A stretch of 15,401 bases of DNA from Candidatus Iainarchaeum sp. (GTDB taxonomy: Archaea > Iainarchaeota > Iainarchaeia > Iainarchaeales > JAZDFD01): the NCBI GenBank assembly GCA_043808155.1, contig JAZDFD010000025.1, forward strand, positions 1 to 15,401, in the 5' to 3' direction. Below the pieces are notes generated by a model. The model was not told where the DNA came from. It ran no database searches and worked only from the letters and a program-made list of their open reading frames with translations. Positions 1 through 8,817 of this stretch are shown here, in pieces; the stretch's first letter is position 1; each line of letters starts with the position of its first letter. Both the position numbers and the translations under genes were made by a program.

Positions 1-22
1 CCTGTAAAGAATACGCATCCAT
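1..22 (-). CDS. Possible 5' end of a divergent gene running off the left edge (MDAYSLQ..., or MRILYR... from ATG at 18)
   Basis: On the - strand, ATGs at 22 and 18 are both open to the window edge. A TATA-like TTTTAAGT (51..44) starts 29 nt upstream of ATG 22. Only 6-7 codons are visible. Confidence 0.25.
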
Positions 23-43
23 ATTATTTATAAATATTGCAAT

Positions 44-51
44 ACTTAAAA
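44..51 (-). promoter_or_regulatory. Putative archaeal TATA box for the divergent gene
   Basis: TTTTAAGT begins 29 nt upstream of ATG 22, similar to the spacing of the other candidate TATA boxes here. Confidence 0.25.
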
Positions 52-84
52 CCCGTGTCTTTTCTATTTTTGTACGGTATAGCC

Positions 85-94
85 TTATTTAAAG
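85..94 (+). promoter_or_regulatory. Putative archaeal TATA box, leaderless promoter for the 116..1645 gene
   Basis: TTATTTAAAG, with TTTAAA starting at 88, 28 nt before ATG 116. No SD motif precedes the ATG. Confidence 0.45.
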
Positions 95-115
95 TTTATT
101 GCATTATGTCTCATA

Positions 116-1645
116 ATGTCTAAACTATCTGAGCTGATTGAGAGAAATGCAGGAAAAGCATTTTTGTTTGTTTTGCTTTTGGGGATTGTTTCAAGAATTA
201 TTTCCTTTTTGATTCTCCCTGAGGCCACATATACTGATGCCGTATATCATCTTGCGATTGTGAAAGACATTCTCCAAACAGGCCTTACTGAGGAAATACT
301 GCAAATTCTCCCAATGCCGCTTTATCATTTTATATTGGTAATTTTTTTCGGATTAACAGCTCTTCCCTTAGATATGCCGTTCCTGCGTATAATGCCTTTC
401 ATAATTTCTGTTTTGCAGATTGTTTTTGCATATTTAGTTTGTAAAGAATTGTTTCCTGAAAATAAAACACTTCAGTTAATGGGCATTGCATTCACCGCAG
501 CACATGCAGTGATAGTTATTTTCAGCGCAGTCAATTATACTGGCCCGATTGCAACTCTTTTTGTTTTAATTTCATTTTATTTGTTAATACGCATCAAAAA
601 ATCAACTAAAGTAACTAATTTTCATTTATGTTTATTTGTAATTTCTGTTTTCCTGCTGTCGCTGACAAAGATGAATGCAACATTTACAATCCCTGCTTTC
701 TTAGTAGGATTATTTTTTGTTCTCAGGGAAAAAAATGTTCCAATGCTTAAAATTTCAGGAATTATTTTTGTTATTGTGCTTCTTTCCCTTTTGTGGTTTG
801 CATTCAATTTCTTTACAACAGGAAATGCGCTTGGTTTTTCATCTGGTGATGTCGAAGCAGTAAATGTAGGTGTTTTTGAAACTAATGGTCTTTTCGAAAC
901 TAATATTACTATTGAAAAAGCCGTCTTTTTTTACTTTTATTTTTGGTATTTCCCAAGTCTCACACTTTTTCCACAGATGGGTCTTTCGGATTCTTTGCTG
1001 ATTTTAACATTAGCAGGTGTTTTTGCATTGGCAATCCTCCCACTGGGTTTGCTAATTTTGAAAGGAATTCACAATTCTCTGAAAGAAAAAAATTTGATTT
1101 ATTTAACAATGCTTCTCAGCATTTTGATGATTCTTCCAATTCTTATTATTCGCGGATTTGAAACAAGGATGTTACTTCCTGTCTTACCTTTGTTCGGATT
1201 GTTTGCAGTCAGCGCTTACTCTAAATTGAATAATGTGACTTTCCGTTCTCTTGCTGTTTTATCATTTGTTTTTTTCGGTATGTTTTCTTTTGTATATGTT
1301 TCTGGAAGTGCTGTTTATTTTTCAGATCAGCATTCAAAAGTTACAGGATTGTATGAATTTATTTCTGAACTTCCAGATGATGTGAAAATAATTTCAAAAA
1401 CTGAATTTCGCAGAATTTCATTTTATTCCGGAAAAAATTCTCGCCCTCTAAAAGACTTATCTGAATCAACTACTCCGTCACAATTCATATCTGCTGCTAC
1501 TGACGAGGGCTTCACACATTTAGCAGTTACGTGTATTGATGATTATCCTCTAAGTGTTGATTTATTTGTCTCACTTCTTGAAGACAACGAAATTACTGAA
1601 GTATATTCTGACGAATGTACTGCACTATACCAGTTAAACAAGTGA
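116..1645 (+). CDS. Polytopic membrane glycosyltransferase, GT-C fold (ArnT/PMT-like, GT39/GT83-like), probably using a lipid-phosphate sugar donor
   Basis: 509 aa with many hydrophobic TM segments. An acidic motif (EATYTDAVYH) lies in the loop after TM1, followed by PLYH and a conserved-looking RI..S segment. A late 'RMLLP' motif and a soluble C-terminal domain follow. It sits in a glycosylation cluster. Confidence 0.7.
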   Translation: MSKLSELIERNAGKAFLFVLLLGIVSRIISFLILPEATYTDAVYHLAIVKDILQTGLTEEILQILPMPLYHFILVIFFGLTALPLDMPFLRIMPFIISVLQIVFAYLVCKELFPENKTLQLMGIAFTAAHAVIVIFSAVNYTGPIATLFVLISFYLLIRIKKSTKVTNFHLCLFVISVFLLSLTKMNATFTIPAFLVGLFFVLREKNVPMLKISGIIFVIVLLSLLWFAFNFFTTGNALGFSSGDVEAVNVGVFETNGLFETNITIEKAVFFYFYFWYFPSLTLFPQMGLSDSLLILTLAGVFALAILPLGLLILKGIHNSLKEKNLIYLTMLLSILMILPILIIRGFETRMLLPVLPLFGLFAVSAYSKLNNVTFRSLAVLSFVFFGMFSFVYVSGSAVYFSDQHSKVTGLYEFISELPDDVKIISKTEFRRISFYSGKNSRPLKDLSESTTPSQFISAATDEGFTHLAVTCIDDYPLSVDLFVSLLEDNEITEVYSDECTALYQLNK

Positions 1646-1649
1646 TATT

Positions 1650-2630
1650 ATGAAAAAAATTCTTTACTATCTTGCAGGTTTGATATTCTTTATCCTTTTT
1701 GTTTCTCAGTTTAATATCGATTTTAGTATCTTTTTATCTGTTCAAAAACCGGAATTTATTCTGCTTGCTTTCATTTGTTTGTTTGTCTCACTAATTTTTC
1801 AGTCTCTGCGTTTGAAAGCATTATTGCTGTCTTTCACATCTGAAAAAACTAAATTTTCTGATTTATTCAAACTTGAACTTATAAATCGTTTTTTCCTTTA
1901 TGTTTTGCCAGCAAGATTAAATCTTCTTGCAAAAGCAGGTATAATATCCCGTAATTATAAACTCACAAAAACAGATTCTGTTGCAATAACAACTTTTGAG
2001 CAGGTTATTGATTTTTGGATGATTTTAATTCCTGCTGCTATTGGTCTGATTTTTTTCATAAGTCTTTTTAACAGTCTACCAGTTCCAATAATTCTTGCAT
2101 TTTTTGCATTAATGTTTGTAGTTTCCATTGGTTTTTTTATGGTCCCGCAGGGATTGTTTGAAGTGTTTATTTTAAAATCAGAAAAAATAAAGATTTCATT
2201 TTTGTCACGTATAATTATTTTCTTGTTGAAGTTTGCACGTGATATGAGGGTTAATTGGATAAAGTTGATTAAAAGCACACATTTCGGAACAGTTTTTATA
2301 TACACTATTCTTTACTGGAGTGCATCGCTTTTATCTTTCTATTTTTTGTTTTTTGCAGTTAATTCCAGTGTGGATTTGATTCCTCTTGCAATAAGCATTT
2401 CATTTGCATTATTCGCAGGTGTTTTATCAACAATTCCTGGGGGCTTGGGTGTCAGGGAAAGTGCAGTTATTTTAGTTCTTGGTTTTTTTGCAGTATCATA
2501 TGATGTGTCTTTTTTTGTAGTTGTCGTGAATCGTTTATTAGTCTGCGTTTTTCTTTTTTTCGGGTATTTTTTACTTCTGAAGAGGGGATATTCAACGCTT
2601 GAAGAAATTAAACGAAAATTTCTGAATTAA
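1650..2630 (+). CDS. Lysylphosphatidylglycerol synthase TM-domain / UPF0104 (AglD2-like) flippase-like membrane protein
   Basis: 326 aa, polytopic. It has 'LR.K.LL' after TM2, 'FF..VLPA', 'EQVIDF' and the family signature 'IPGGLGVRE'. It starts 4 nt after the upstream stop. Confidence 0.85.
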   Translation: MKKILYYLAGLIFFILFVSQFNIDFSIFLSVQKPEFILLAFICLFVSLIFQSLRLKALLLSFTSEKTKFSDLFKLELINRFFLYVLPARLNLLAKAGIISRNYKLTKTDSVAITTFEQVIDFWMILIPAAIGLIFFISLFNSLPVPIILAFFALMFVVSIGFFMVPQGLFEVFILKSEKIKISFLSRIIIFLLKFARDMRVNWIKLIKSTHFGTVFIYTILYWSASLLSFYFLFFAVNSSVDLIPLAISISFALFAGVLSTIPGGLGVRESAVILVLGFFAVSYDVSFFVVVVNRLLVCVFLFFGYFLLLKRGYSTLEEIKRKFLN

Positions 2631-2658
2631 GTCATTCAGTCAATTCAGATTTATATGC

Positions 2659-3783
2659 TCATCTATTTTTTGAGTAAACTTCCAGAGTTTCTTTAGCTTT
2701 TTTTATCCATGTGTTATTTTCTGCAATTTCGATGCCTGCAGCCCCATATGTTTTCCGCATGTTTTCATCACTTAACAATTTAATAATAAACTCTGAAAAT
2801 TGTTTCAAATTATTTGGTTCTGCAAGCAGACCTGCATTACCAACTATTTTTTTTACTTCCTCAAAATCAACACTCACAATTGGCTTTCCTGCAGCCATAT
2901 ACTCGTAGAGTTTTACAGGACACCACCAAAATCCGTTTTTTTCAAGCTGTGGAAATTTCTTGGTTGAAAATGGCGCTATGCAAATATCTGATGCTTTTAG
3001 CAATACTGGTATTTTATCTCTGTCAACTTCGCCTTTTAAAATGAAATAGCGTTCTAAATTTTTTTCTTTAATAATTTCTTTGAATTTTTTCATTTCGTTT
3101 CCAGAACCAATTATCAGAAATTTCACATTGGGATTTTTCTTAATTACGTTTTCTGCAATTTCAGGAATTTCCAGAACTCCGTGCCACTCTCTGAAACTGC
3201 TCATAAAACAAATTATTTTTTCATCATTGGGCGCAATTATCTGTCGTTCCTTTTCAATTAGTGTTTCAAATACATCAAATTTCAAGACATCAACGCCGTT
3301 TGAAACAACATAAACAGGAGTGTTTGTCTGCTTTTCGATTATATTTTTCTGAGTTTCTGTTTGAGTTATTATTGCATCTGCAAAATTAAATTTTATTTTG
3401 ATTGGTATTGTGTAAATCCATTTCTTCAATCCTGTCCATGTTTCAGCACCAGGGTCATTAACCTCCAGAACATAAGGTTTGCCCAGTCCTGCCTGAACCA
3501 TACAAATATATGGATTAACAGAATATCTCTCATGAATTATATCAAATTGTTTAAGTTCATTTTTTAGTTTTGAATAATTATTTATCAGGTTTTTGAGTCC
3601 TTTTTCTAAAAATCTCACTTCAATGTTTTCCAGTTCATCAGGCCTCTTATCCCGCCCACTTTTTATGTAAAGCGTAACCTGATGACCTAAAGATATAAGC
3701 GCTTCGCACATTTCAGATGCATGAACAAAGCCTGCTGTTTTGCCTCCAAATTCTTCTGAGAATGCAATGTATGCTATTTTCAT
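2659..3783 (-). CDS. Glycosyltransferase family 4 (GT-B, retaining)
   Basis: N-terminal MKIAYI, 'GHQV', 'DIIHER', 'VVSNGVD', 'FLIIGSG' and 'PVKLYEYMAAGKPIV'. ATGA overlap with the upstream GT4 stop. Confidence 0.93.
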   Translation of the reverse strand: MKIAYIAFSEEFGGKTAGFVHASEMCEALISLGHQVTLYIKSGRDKRPDELENIEVRFLEKGLKNLINNYSKLKNELKQFDIIHERYSVNPYICMVQAGLGKPYVLEVNDPGAETWTGLKKWIYTIPIKIKFNFADAIITQTETQKNIIEKQTNTPVYVVSNGVDVLKFDVFETLIEKERQIIAPNDEKIICFMSSFREWHGVLEIPEIAENVIKKNPNVKFLIIGSGNEMKKFKEIIKEKNLERYFILKGEVDRDKIPVLLKASDICIAPFSTKKFPQLEKNGFWWCPVKLYEYMAAGKPIVSVDFEEVKKIVGNAGLLAEPNNLKQFSEFIIKLLSDENMRKTYGAAGIEIAENNTWIKKAKETLEVYSKNR

Positions 3784-4889
3784 TCAATCACATCATTATA
3801 CATTTTTTCAAATTTTTTAATCTGATTTGACCATGAATAATTTTTTGATACTTTAACAGCATTTTTTGAAAGCTCTTTTTTTTCCTTATCTGAAAGTTTC
3901 AGAATTCTTTCAATCTGAATCGCTGTGTTTTTTGTATCTGAAAAATTAACAATGAAACCATTTTTTCCTGCAGTAACAAATTTTCTGAATGACGGGATGC
4001 TGTTTAATACTGGTATTAACCCCGACGCCATTGCTTCAATAGTTGAAATGCCAAAGCCCTCGTACTCAGATGCAGAAACAAAAAATTCAGTTTCTTTAAA
4101 AATCTGAATGAGTTCTTTTTCGTTTACTTCACCAGCGAATTTGATTTTATTACTTAGTCCGCAGTCTTTTGCTTTTTTCTCTAGATTGTCTCTTAAGTTA
4201 TCAAAATCTTTTCCTACGATTTTAATTTTGAAATCTTTGTTTTTCAATTTTGAGAATACGTCTATCAGTAAATCAATTCTTTTGTTGTTTGAAATTCGCC
4301 CTACAAACACAAATGTGTTTTTAACAGGTTTTCTTTCAAGTATTTTAAATTTTTTTAAATCAATTGCATTTTCAATCATTTCTAATTGAGCTTCATTTGC
4401 AATTGTTAAAAATAATTTTTTATCATTTTCACTTACTGCAATAATTTTATCTGCATTTTTCAAATGTGCTTTAACAATATTTTGGAAATATATCTTTTTC
4501 AATGAATGAACATTTTTTGTGTGAAATATTCCGCCATGTGTTGAAACAATAACTGGTTTTCTATGTTTCTGTCTGTTTCTCAAAATCAAATCTGTAAGAA
4601 AACCTAGCCCGTGCACATGGATTACATCAGGATTTATTTCTCTTACTGTGCTCATAACATTTGTAGCAACTTTATAATATTTCAAATCAAAAAATTGCAG
4701 TCTCTTAATTTCGATGCCATGATAATCTTCTGTTTCAGGAAGTAAATTTTTTTCTTTTCCACACATATTAAGACATAATACTGAAACATCGTGTCCTCTT
4801 TTTTTCAAATGAATACTCAAATCTTCAACGCTCCTTTCTACACCCCCTTTGCATGGCCAGAAATGATTTGTAATTTGCAGTATTTTCAT
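3780..4889 (-). CDS. Glycosyltransferase family 4 (GT-B, retaining)
   Basis: MKILQITNHFWPCKGGVE, 'DVIHVH', 'STHG', 'FVGRI', and the EX7E motif 'SEYEGFGISTIEAMASG'. Start taken at ATG 4889 (ATGA overlap with the GT2 stop). The ORF track start at 4898 is an alternative. Confidence 0.93.
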   Translation of the reverse strand: MKILQITNHFWPCKGGVERSVEDLSIHLKKRGHDVSVLCLNMCGKEKNLLPETEDYHGIEIKRLQFFDLKYYKVATNVMSTVREINPDVIHVHGLGFLTDLILRNRQKHRKPVIVSTHGGIFHTKNVHSLKKIYFQNIVKAHLKNADKIIAVSENDKKLFLTIANEAQLEMIENAIDLKKFKILERKPVKNTFVFVGRISNNKRIDLLIDVFSKLKNKDFKIKIVGKDFDNLRDNLEKKAKDCGLSNKIKFAGEVNEKELIQIFKETEFFVSASEYEGFGISTIEAMASGLIPVLNSIPSFRKFVTAGKNGFIVNFSDTKNTAIQIERILKLSDKEKKELSKNAVKVSKNYSWSNQIKKFEKMYNDVIE

Positions 4890-5857
4890 TTTTTCCATAC
4901 TCCTGACAAAAGTCCCAGTATTAAACCCAGTCCGAATACAATATTTCTCGTGAAAAGTACGGGTATTATCGGGGCTACCATTGTCAAATCTTTTGACGCT
5001 GTAAAGAGAATGAATGGCATAAAACTAAGCCCTAGTACTCCCAAAAACGTCCCAAAAAGCCATAATGGCAGTATTTTAAGTCCCCACCCTACCAAGGAAA
5101 GCAAGGTCAATGTTGTAAAAATAATCTGAAATTTCAGTGCCTGAGGTGTATATGAGTCATTAATTATCTTGTCTTTGTGCCTTGAATAAAGAAGAACTCT
5201 CCAATAAGCCCTGAAAAACTTAATCTGAAGATATTTCAGAAGGCTTTCAGGATGTTTGTGATAAACAACTGCATTTTCATTAAATACAAGTTTTTCCCCT
5301 TTCTTCGCAAGTTTATAGGCTAACTCAGGATCTTCTCCTGATGCGATTGGGAAGCTCTCATCAAACCCGCCCGTACCTATAAAAATTTCTTTCCTGTAAG
5401 CTGCAGAATAACTGCCTATGAAATCAATATTTTCATGTTTTTTCATTTTCTCATAGCGTTCTTCAATTTCAATCTGCACAAATCTTGCAGTTAAAGATTT
5501 CTGCATGGTTTTATATCTTCCCTGCACACCAACAATTTCTTTATTTTTGAATGGTCTGACCATTTCATTAAGCCAATTTTTTTCTGCAATACAATCCGCA
5601 TCTATAAACACCAGAATTTCAAATTTAGCATTTTTTGCACCTGCATTTCTCGCAATTGCAGGTCCTTTATTTTTTTGAAATAAATATGTTATTTTACTGT
5701 CAAATGATTTTACAACGTCCTTTGTTTCATCTGTGCTCCCATCATCAACAACAATAATTTCATAACTTTCGCCGAAAGTTTGATTTATTAAAGACTCAAT
5801 GCACGGTTTAATTGTTTGTTCTCCGTTGAAAACAGGGATAATAACACTTGCGTTCAT
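4886..5857 (-). CDS. Glycosyltransferase family 2 (GT-A) with C-terminal transmembrane helices
   Basis: SVIIPVFN, 'VVDDGSTD', 'GPAIARNAG', the DXD motif 'FIDAD', 'GGFDESF' and 'GEDPEL', with a hydrophobic C-terminus. Confidence 0.92.
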   Translation of the reverse strand: MNASVIIPVFNGEQTIKPCIESLINQTFGESYEIIVVDDGSTDETKDVVKSFDSKITYLFQKNKGPAIARNAGAKNAKFEILVFIDADCIAEKNWLNEMVRPFKNKEIVGVQGRYKTMQKSLTARFVQIEIEERYEKMKKHENIDFIGSYSAAYRKEIFIGTGGFDESFPIASGEDPELAYKLAKKGEKLVFNENAVVYHKHPESLLKYLQIKFFRAYWRVLLYSRHKDKIINDSYTPQALKFQIIFTTLTLLSLVGWGLKILPLWLFGTFLGVLGLSFMPFILFTASKDLTMVAPIIPVLFTRNIVFGLGLILGLLSGVWKK

Positions 5858-5865
5858 AACAACAC

Positions 5866-7335
5866 TCAGCTTTTGCCTGAAATTTTTTCAGAAATATTTT
5901 CAATAAGATGTTTTGAAAAAGTCTTACTCGCTTTGAACAACCTTGGAATTTCTTTTGGATGTCTTATTGCCTGTGCAATTTTCTGAAAGATGTATTTTGG
6001 GCGCATGTAAAATTCCATTCTTGCATTATTGCACAGTTTTACAAGTTCTTTGTTTGTAAGCCATGGTCTTGAAACCATGCAGTTGTGCATTCCTTCTTCA
6101 TCAAGCCATTTAGTGTAATCCTCACTGAGCAAAAAACCTTTGCTTTTGAAATAATCATATGCTTCCGTACCAGGATAAACCATTATCGGGAAAAACTGTG
6201 CAGTATCAGGATCTAACTCTTTTGCAAACTTCACTGTTTCTACAATTGTTTTTTTTGTTTCTCCTTTGTTTCCGAGCATGAAACATCCATGCACTAAAAT
6301 TTTTGCTTTTTTAGTATCTTTCATGAACTGCCGTATTGTGTCAAGTTTAGTTCCCTTTTTTATATTGTTTAATATTTTCTGATTTCCTGATTCAAAACCA
6401 ACGCAAAGTAATCTGCAGCCTGCCTGTTTCATTTTTTCCAGAGTTTCAAGGTCAACATCTGCTCTTGCGTTTGTGCTCCATGTGATATTCACTTTGCGTT
6501 TTATAAGTTCATCACACAATTCACGCACTCTTTGTTTGTCAGCAGTAAATGTATCGTCTTCCAAAAAGATTTCTTTAACCTGTGGAAATGTTTTTTTAAT
6601 ATACTCAAATTCAGAAACTACATTTTCAATACTTCTTGTTCTGTAATTTCTTCCAGTCATTGTCTGAGGCATTAAACAGAAAATACATCTGAAATTACAG
6701 CCACGGCCTGCAACAATAGTGATTTCAGGATATAAATTTGCAGCATAAAAATAATTTTCTATTTTCAGGTGTTTTTTGTAAATCTTACTCACAAATGGAA
6801 TGTCATCCAAATTATGAATCAGTGGCATATCCCTGTTATGTATAAGTTTCTTGTTTTCCATAAAACTTAATCCTTTAATATTCCAAAGATTTGGTTTTTC
6901 TTTTTGAAGTTCTTCTGCAAGTTCTTTCAAAATTAAATCATACTCCTGTCTTGCGATTGCATCAATTTTATTACTCATTCTCAGAATTTGGTCTGGTAAT
7001 ACACTTACATGCGTTCCCACAAGCACGCAAAAACAATTCTGACTTTCTTTTATTTTTTCAAGAACTTTAACATCTGAATGAACAGAAGCTGTGCTTGTGT
7101 CTACAACAACAAGTTTTGGTTTAAATTTTTTTACAAGTTCAAGTGTTTTTTCAACTGAAATTTTTTCTGCAGGTGCATCAACAAGCTTAACTTCGTGTCC
7201 TTCTTTTTCCAGAACACCTGTAGCATATGCTAACCATAATGGGTAGTATATCGTTCCCCCCTTCGTTACTGCCGGACTTCGCGAAGAGCGTGAATAGTTC
7301 TCAAGAAATGGAGGATTAAGCATCATTATTTTCAT
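5866..7335 (-). CDS. Cobalamin-binding radical SAM enzyme (BchE/HpnJ-like superfamily)
   Basis: CxxxCxxC motif 'GRGCNFRCIFC' (6676..6699), an N-terminal B12-binding-like domain ('LNPP...YYPLWLAY', 'VGTHVS'), and 'EDDTF', 'GFESGNQ', 'FMLG..GET', 'YPGT'. Start placed at ATG 7335 (MKIMML, SD-like AAGTGAT, 4 nt after the rmlA stop) rather than 7407. Confidence 0.92.
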   Translation of the reverse strand: MKIMMLNPPFLENYSRSSRSPAVTKGGTIYYPLWLAYATGVLEKEGHEVKLVDAPAEKISVEKTLELVKKFKPKLVVVDTSTASVHSDVKVLEKIKESQNCFCVLVGTHVSVLPDQILRMSNKIDAIARQEYDLILKELAEELQKEKPNLWNIKGLSFMENKKLIHNRDMPLIHNLDDIPFVSKIYKKHLKIENYFYAANLYPEITIVAGRGCNFRCIFCLMPQTMTGRNYRTRSIENVVSEFEYIKKTFPQVKEIFLEDDTFTADKQRVRELCDELIKRKVNITWSTNARADVDLETLEKMKQAGCRLLCVGFESGNQKILNNIKKGTKLDTIRQFMKDTKKAKILVHGCFMLGNKGETKKTIVETVKFAKELDPDTAQFFPIMVYPGTEAYDYFKSKGFLLSEDYTKWLDEEGMHNCMVSRPWLTNKELVKLCNNARMEFYMRPKYIFQKIAQAIRHPKEIPRLFKASKTFSKHLIENISEKISGKS

Positions 7336-7339
7336 TGAA

Positions 7340-8065
7340 TCACTTTTCCATAAACTTCTTTGTTTCAAGATTCGCATGAAGTAAATCTTCAAAGTCACCT
7401 GCATCAAGCCATTTTCCTTTCAGATAATCTGCTTTAAGAGTTCTTTTCTGCAAATAATGTTTTTGCACATCCGTAATTTCAGTTTCACCGCGTGCAGATG
7501 GTTTTATTTTTTTTATCACATCAAACACACTTGGTTTCATGAAATAAATCCCAATAATAATATTTTTTGCAGGTGGGTTTTTTTGTTTTTCAATAACATT
7601 TGTTACTTTTTTACCCTCACAAACTGCAACTCCGCTTTTTTTTGCTTCCTCTTCTGTACCTTTATAAAGTAAAATCTGCATTGCATCTTTTTCTTTTTCA
7701 AATTCTTTTGCAAAAGGTTTTAAGGATTCAAAAATTATGTTATCTCCGTTAATTGAAATGAATGAATCATTACCGACAAAATCTTCTGCCAGTGAAATTG
7801 CCTGAGGTATTCCTCCTGCTTCATCCTGAACTTTGTAAGTAAATTTAACACCATACTCATTTCCCGAACCAAGCAATGAAAAAATATTTCCTGCATGGTG
7901 CGTACCTGTAATAATCATAATATCTGTTATTCCTGCGCTTTTCAAAGATTCAAGTGGATAGTAAATCATTGGTTTGTCATAAACTGGCAAAAGATGTTTG
8001 TTCGTTACTTTTGTTAGTGGCAAAAGTCTTGATCCTGTTCCACCTGCTAAAATTAATCCCTTCAT
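7340..8065 (-). CDS. rmlA: Glucose-1-phosphate thymidylyltransferase-like sugar-phosphate nucleotidyltransferase (short SpsI/RmlA form)
   Basis: 'MKGLILAGGTGSRLLPLTKVTNKHLLPVYDKPMIYYP', 'GDNI', 'IEK', 'SARGETEITD', 'WLDAG'. SD GGAGTGAT. Same operon as rmlB. Confidence 0.88.
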   Translation of the reverse strand: MKGLILAGGTGSRLLPLTKVTNKHLLPVYDKPMIYYPLESLKSAGITDIMIITGTHHAGNIFSLLGSGNEYGVKFTYKVQDEAGGIPQAISLAEDFVGNDSFISINGDNIIFESLKPFAKEFEKEKDAMQILLYKGTEEEAKKSGVAVCEGKKVTNVIEKQKNPPAKNIIIGIYFMKPSVFDVIKKIKPSARGETEITDVQKHYLQKRTLKADYLKGKWLDAGDFEDLLHANLETKKFMEK

Positions 8066-8069
8066 AAAA

Positions 8070-8804
8070 TCACTCCTTTTTAGCCAAAAAAATAAGATCC
8101 CAACCCCAGTTTATAAAATGTTTTCGAGGCAGTATCTTGTCGATTAATATGTTCAAATTTCTAACGATTAAATTTGAATCAACCCACTGTCCGCCGTAAA
8201 GTGGCTGACTTCTGGTCTGGTCTTTAATTATAAAACCAGCTTTTTTAAGTTTTCTTTTAAGTTCATCTGCACCCTGAACAGAAATATGTCCTTTATCTTT
8301 CCACCCTGGTTTTTTATTTTTTTCAGCAAAACTTTTTTTCATTTTATCTGCTTTTTTTCCAAAAACAAACCCAAACCACACTTTTGGATAATTGGTTCTG
8401 TTGGGCGTAGAAATTATCAAAAAACCATTTCCTTTGGTGAGTGAACTTATTTTTGATAAAAATTTTTCAGGTTCTTCAATATGTTCTAACACCTCAGATG
8501 TAATAACAATATCATATTTCTCATCTGTTTTAAATTTTAAAATATCTTCGCATATAAAATTTAAATTTCCGATTTTCTCTTTGCTTGCTTCTTTAATTTT
8601 AGTTGAATCCATATCAAGTCCTGTGAATTTAATTTTTGGATTCTTTTTAGCAATTGGCTTTATTAATATCCCCATACCACAGCCGACTTCTAAAACCATA
8701 AGTTCTTTATTATTTTTTGAAATTACTTGGTTGAAATACTTTTCAAGTTCTAATCTTAAAAAAGTCCATGATTTTTGAGATGTTGTTAAGTTTGCATCTG
8801 TCAA
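8070..8804 (-). CDS. Class I SAM-dependent methyltransferase (UbiG-like), probable glycan or sugar O-methyltransferase
   Basis: Motif I 'VLEVGCGMG', 'TGLD', 'YDIVITSEVLEHI', 'LIISTPN', 'GHIS'. TTG start preceded by SD-like GGACGTGAT. Confidence 0.85.
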   Translation of the reverse strand: MTDANLTTSQKSWTFLRLELEKYFNQVISKNNKELMVLEVGCGMGILIKPIAKKNPKIKFTGLDMDSTKIKEASKEKIGNLNFICEDILKFKTDEKYDIVITSEVLEHIEEPEKFLSKISSLTKGNGFLIISTPNRTNYPKVWFGFVFGKKADKMKKSFAEKNKKPGWKDKGHISVQGADELKRKLKKAGFIIKDQTRSQPLYGGQWVDSNLIVRNLNILIDKILPRKHFINWGWDLIFLAKKE

Positions 8805-8817
8805 AAAATCACGTCCT

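Noticed and set aside
2631-2658. Possible hairpin terminator between the convergent operons
   Set aside because: No GC-rich stem is present, only a trivial near-repeat (TCATTCAG/TCAATTCAG).
5866-7335. Annotation as bchE (bacteriochlorophyll cyclase) or as a true hopanoid-pathway gene
   Set aside because: No photosynthesis or squalene-hopene cyclase genes are in the window, and the context is entirely glycan biosynthesis.
7336-7407. N-terminal extension of the radical SAM ORF (start 7407) overlapping rmlA
   Set aside because: It would overlap rmlA by 68 nt. ATG 7335 has an SD-like motif and gives the typical family N-terminus.
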